A stretch of DNA of 64,000 nucleotides from an uncultured Nitrospiraceae bacterium (GTDB taxonomy: Bacteria > Nitrospirota > Thermodesulfovibrionia > Thermodesulfovibrionales > SM23-35), in contig CAVSHB010000002.1 of assembly GCA_963727775.1 (NCBI GenBank), positions 704,001 to 768,000 on the forward strand, written 5' to 3'. The first letter of the stretch is position 1. Every line of letters starts with the position of its first letter. Of this stretch, positions 60,739 through 64,000 are shown piece after piece. The notes under the pieces were generated by a model that worked only from the letters and a program-made list of their open reading frames with translations, was not told the origin of the DNA and did no database searches. Made by a program: the position numbers and the translations under genes.

Positions 60739-62085
60739 TTAAAAAAAGTGTTTAAAGGGAAATTTTGACTTTTTCCCTTTTTTGAGAAGTTTACCTATCT
60801 CTTCAGGGGGAAGAGGAAGGCTGAATATGTTACCCTGAAGTTCATCACATTTGAGGGAACGGATGAGTTGCATCTGTTCCTTCTTTTCCACGCCTTCAGC
60901 TACGACCTTCATATTCAGCGTATGAGCTAAAGCGATAATCGCCCTTGCAATAACCTCGTCTGTAGGACTGAATGAGACTGAAGATATGAAAGGCTCTACA
61001 ATCTTCAGCTTGTTTATAGGAAAATATTTAAGGTAACTGAGGGAAGAGTAGCCAGTTCCAAAATCATCGATAGAGATACTCACACCTATCTTCCTTAACA
61101 CTTTAAGTGCCTTAACAGTACGCTCCAGATTTTTCAAAAAGATACTCTCTGTTAATTCTAATTCGAGGAATTTAGGTTCAAGCCCGGTATCTTCAAGCAC
61201 TCTGCTTACGATATATGTTATGTCTTCTTCATGGAATTGACGGGATGAGATGTTCACCGCAATACGTAAAGGTTTGAGGCCGGCTTCCTGCCAAACTTTA
61301 TTTTGTTTGCAGGCTGTGCGGAGGACCCATTCACCGAGTGGCACAATAAAGCCTGTTTCTTCCATTAAATAAATAAAGCTCTTTGGATAAATTAAGTTAC
61401 TCCCTGGCTTCTGCCAGCGAACAAGGGCCTCCAGGCCGGTTATCATCCCTGATTTAAGGTCAATTTGCGGCTGGTAGTGAAGGATGAACTCTTCACGTTG
61501 GAGTGCAAATTTCAGATCATTCTCCATTACCATTCGCTCAAACGCCCTTTCAGTTAAAGCTGGCGAATAGAATTGATATGTGTTTTCCCCGAGTTCCCTT
61601 GAGCGTTGCAAGGCTGTATAAGATGTATTGAGGAGAGCTTTAGGACTATTCCCGTCGTTTGGATAGACGCTGATTCCGACATTAATTGGCACAATCAATT
61701 TATGGTTTTTAAGAGTAAAAGGTGATTCTAAAGAGGCAAATATCTTTCTGGCTATTAGGGCGGCATCTTCAGCATGTCTGATCTCGGGTAGCAAAATCAT
61801 AAACTCATCTCTGCCAGGTCGAGCCACAATATCGCTCTTTCTTACACAAGCTTTTAGACGTTTTGCTATCGCCTTTAATAATTTATTGCCATAATTTTCA
61901 CCAAGTGTATCGTTAATTAGCTTTAAACGATCAATGCAGATAAACAAAATAGCCGCAATATTTTTATTTCGGGCTGCAAGTGCAAATGCCTGTGTTACAT
62001 AGTCAAAGAAGACATTTCTGTCAAGAAGCCCTGTCAAGGGATCGCAGGAAGCAGTTTTATTTACAGTTTTTTTCTGGTCTTTCAA
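60739..62085 (-). CDS. GGDEF(degenerate)-EAL protein
   Basis: RPGRDEF, EAL, DDFGTGYSS, KIVEPF. Confidence 0.88.
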   Translation of the reverse strand: MKDQKKTVNKTASCDPLTGLLDRNVFFDYVTQAFALAARNKNIAAILFICIDRLKLINDTLGENYGNKLLKAIAKRLKACVRKSDIVARPGRDEFMILLPEIRHAEDAALIARKIFASLESPFTLKNHKLIVPINVGISVYPNDGNSPKALLNTSYTALQRSRELGENTYQFYSPALTERAFERMVMENDLKFALQREEFILHYQPQIDLKSGMITGLEALVRWQKPGSNLIYPKSFIYLMEETGFIVPLGEWVLRTACKQNKVWQEAGLKPLRIAVNISSRQFHEEDITYIVSRVLEDTGLEPKFLELELTESIFLKNLERTVKALKVLRKIGVSISIDDFGTGYSSLSYLKYFPINKLKIVEPFISSVSFSPTDEVIARAIIALAHTLNMKVVAEGVEKKEQMQLIRSLKCDELQGNIFSLPLPPEEIGKLLKKGKKSKFPFKHFF

Positions 62086-62396
62086 TTCAAGTCTTTTTCA
62101 GCTCCCGTGAGCTGTCTGTCGATCGAACAAGTATCCCGATCACTATCTGAAAAGCATTAAAAATTGCAAGGACATCTTATTGCCCTATTTTTCGTTTCAT
62201 CACTAATCTGACATGTCATTGGGATATCTTTAAATCTTTCTGACTCTAATTAGAATACAAAAATATTGATTTTGTCAAATATTCAGATTAAAAGTAGGCA
62301 ACTCTATTTTGTTGATTCGTGTTTGTATTGTCGCATCATAGAACAAGCTTTCAAAATCTCGCTTAGAATAGGAAGTACTTCAGTAATTCTGACCCT

Positions 62397-62879
62397 TCAT
62401 GCGACTCTTGTTTCTTGCTCTTTTCCTTTCAACCTTTGCCTGTAAGCGTCATAATCAGGCACGAAGCGCTCGTACGCTTCGGACATTAATGATGACGAAA
62501 TTATGAAGTCCGCCGAGGCCCGGTTGCACGCTACGGGAATGTTCCAGACTACGGCTATCCTCAAAAGGGCTTTCACGTCAGGATCGTGAGGCTGCGGTTC
62601 AAGAGGGTCCCAAAAAAAGATCAGGAAATCAATGATCCCTTCTGCTATCTTTGCGCCAATTTGCTGGTCGCCACCCAATGGGCCGCTTTGAAGTTTGATG
62701 ATCTCAAGCCCGAGTTCCTTCTCCAGAATAGTACCCGTCGTTCCCGTGGCATACAGCTTGTGCTGGGCAAGAAGCTCTCTATTAAATTTTGCCCATTGCA
62801 GAAGATCAGATTTCTTATTGTCGTGGGCAACGAGGACGATATTCTTCCTCTGCTCCATTTCTATCTTTTTAGATTCCAT
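62397..62879 (-). CDS. mgsA: Methylglyoxal synthase
   Basis: [42 protein letters not shown] before ATG 62879. Confidence 0.95.
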   Translation of the reverse strand: MESKKIEMEQRKNIVLVAHDNKKSDLLQWAKFNRELLAQHKLYATGTTGTILEKELGLEIIKLQSGPLGGDQQIGAKIAEGIIDFLIFFWDPLEPQPHDPDVKALLRIAVVWNIPVACNRASADFIISSSLMSEAYERFVPDYDAYRQRLKGKEQETRVA

Positions 62880-62963
62880 AGAATTGTCCTCCTTATTCAA
62901 AGTAATCTCTCCATCCAGATTCTTATTTGCACTACGCACAATTATATCAGGTTCGAGGGATTT

Positions 62964-63575
62964 TTAAATTAAGCCCTTCTCCCTGTAAATGGACAGAAAA
63001 ATGTCCTCTTTCTTATGCATCAATGTCACCGACCGGGAAAAGGTGGTAATCGCAAATTGAAGGATATCTTCAGGCTTCACATAAAATAATTCAACGTTTC
63101 TTTGAGGAACATAGTATGTCAGAAGGTTTAGATGTAGGGCCTCTCTGCAGAATCCGAAAAGTTTTTTCAGCACATTCTTCATGGATTCCTCAATCCCGGC
63201 AACCCTGAGGCTGAATACACCACAGATAAAAATCACCTCAAACTTTTGCCTAAACTCTGTCTCTTCTATATCTATGGCACTAAACTCTGCCTCGGGATAT
63301 TTCTTCTTAGCAAGTGTAATCAAATTCTCGTTGACGTCGATCCCGCAATAACTTAGAGAAATCCCCTTTCCCCTGATGAATCCGTAAAAATCTCCCTTCC
63401 CGCATCCGAAGTCGAGGACCTTTTTGCCTGAGATATTGCCTGCAATAGTAAGGAGGGTCTCATACCTCCGCTGCTGGCCTTCGGGGGTCCATCTCACGGC
63501 TTGCGGCGAATCACCGAAGTCTTTCAGGTGCCTGTCATAGAAGCTCAAAAGCTCTTTTTTGCCGAGGGGGTCCAT
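62964..63575 (-). CDS. Class I SAM-dependent methyltransferase
   Basis: VLDFGCGKG, GIDVN. Confidence 0.88.
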   Translation of the reverse strand: MDPLGKKELLSFYDRHLKDFGDSPQAVRWTPEGQQRRYETLLTIAGNISGKKVLDFGCGKGDFYGFIRGKGISLSYCGIDVNENLITLAKKKYPEAEFSAIDIEETEFRQKFEVIFICGVFSLRVAGIEESMKNVLKKLFGFCREALHLNLLTYYVPQRNVELFYVKPEDILQFAITTFSRSVTLMHKKEDIFLSIYREKGLI

Positions 63576-63652
63576 TTTTTTTAAGATATACTTATTATAG
63601 TCTTAGCCGGCAGGATTGGAAACCCTGTTCCCAATACAAGAAATAAGATATC

Positions 63653-63764
63653 AATGCGGGAGACAGTATTTGAGCGGCTTTAAATTCTGTGAAGATTTAT
63701 CGGAACAGAATTTACCTCGGAGGGCAACAGCCCGAGAATGAGCGAAAATACTGTCTCCCGCATT
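63653..63764 (+). repeat. Structured repeat family, copy 5
   Basis: Perfect 19-bp outer IR AATGCGGGAGACAGTATTT/AAATACTGTCTCCCGCATT; core as in copy 4. Confidence 0.9.
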
Positions 63765-63825
63765 TCCAGATAGTTCACGAATGATAGGGGTTGATGTTAA
63801 AATATATAAAAGAAAAGGAGTCTGT

Positions 63826-64000
63826 ATGGGCGAGTTTAAATATAAGGAATATACTGAAGAGGAAAATCGGATTTACAATGAAGCGATGGATAAGATAATG
63901 CGAGGCTTAGAAGACGGACTGAGCTTTCATGCCGCGTGCAGTGCTGCTCCTGTTGCGGATGAGGAGTTGAAAGCTTTCATTTTAGATGATGCTCTCAAGA
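63826..64000 (+). CDS. Hypothetical protein, partial at window end
   Basis: AAGGAG RBS; MGEFKYKEYTEEENRIYNEAM..., open to edge. Confidence 0.7.
   Translation, partial: MGEFKYKEYTEEENRIYNEAMDKIMRGLEDGLSFHAACSAAPVADEELKAFILDDALK

Noticed and set aside
38191..63764. Five-copy repeat as a CRISPR array or as simple terminators
   Set aside because: Copies are kilobases apart with no spacers or cas genes; they are multi-branched with conserved linkers, lack consistent U-tracts, and one lies in a divergent region

Overview
Bacterial chromosomal window from a probable anaerobe; the gene set suggests Nitrospirota/Desulfobacterota, which is an inference. Most of it is ordinary metabolism: split glutamate synthase subunits, a six-gene Hyf/Ehr-type membrane complex whose large subunit lacks Ni-binding cysteines, a four-gene group 3b-type [NiFe]-hydrogenase, ettA, ribF, coaE, pyrK/pyrD, greA, proS, ilvD, hemB, mgsA, GGDEF/EAL proteins and an AraC-linked oxidoreductase islet. 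The most interesting signal is non-coding: five dispersed, same-strand copies of a ~110-bp multi-stem element with a fixed core (RAGCGG...RCCTCGSAGG...CCGAGAATGAGC) and stems whose sequence varies while pairing is kept. Other notable items are an integrase-less cassette cluster (two attC sites bracketing a RHH/MazF toxin-antitoxin cassette), a full-length glycogen phosphorylase homolog with several substituted active-site residues, a frameshifted hemG/hemY, a 31-bp inverted-repeat element and several deletion scars. No rRNA, tRNA or CRISPR array was recognised.
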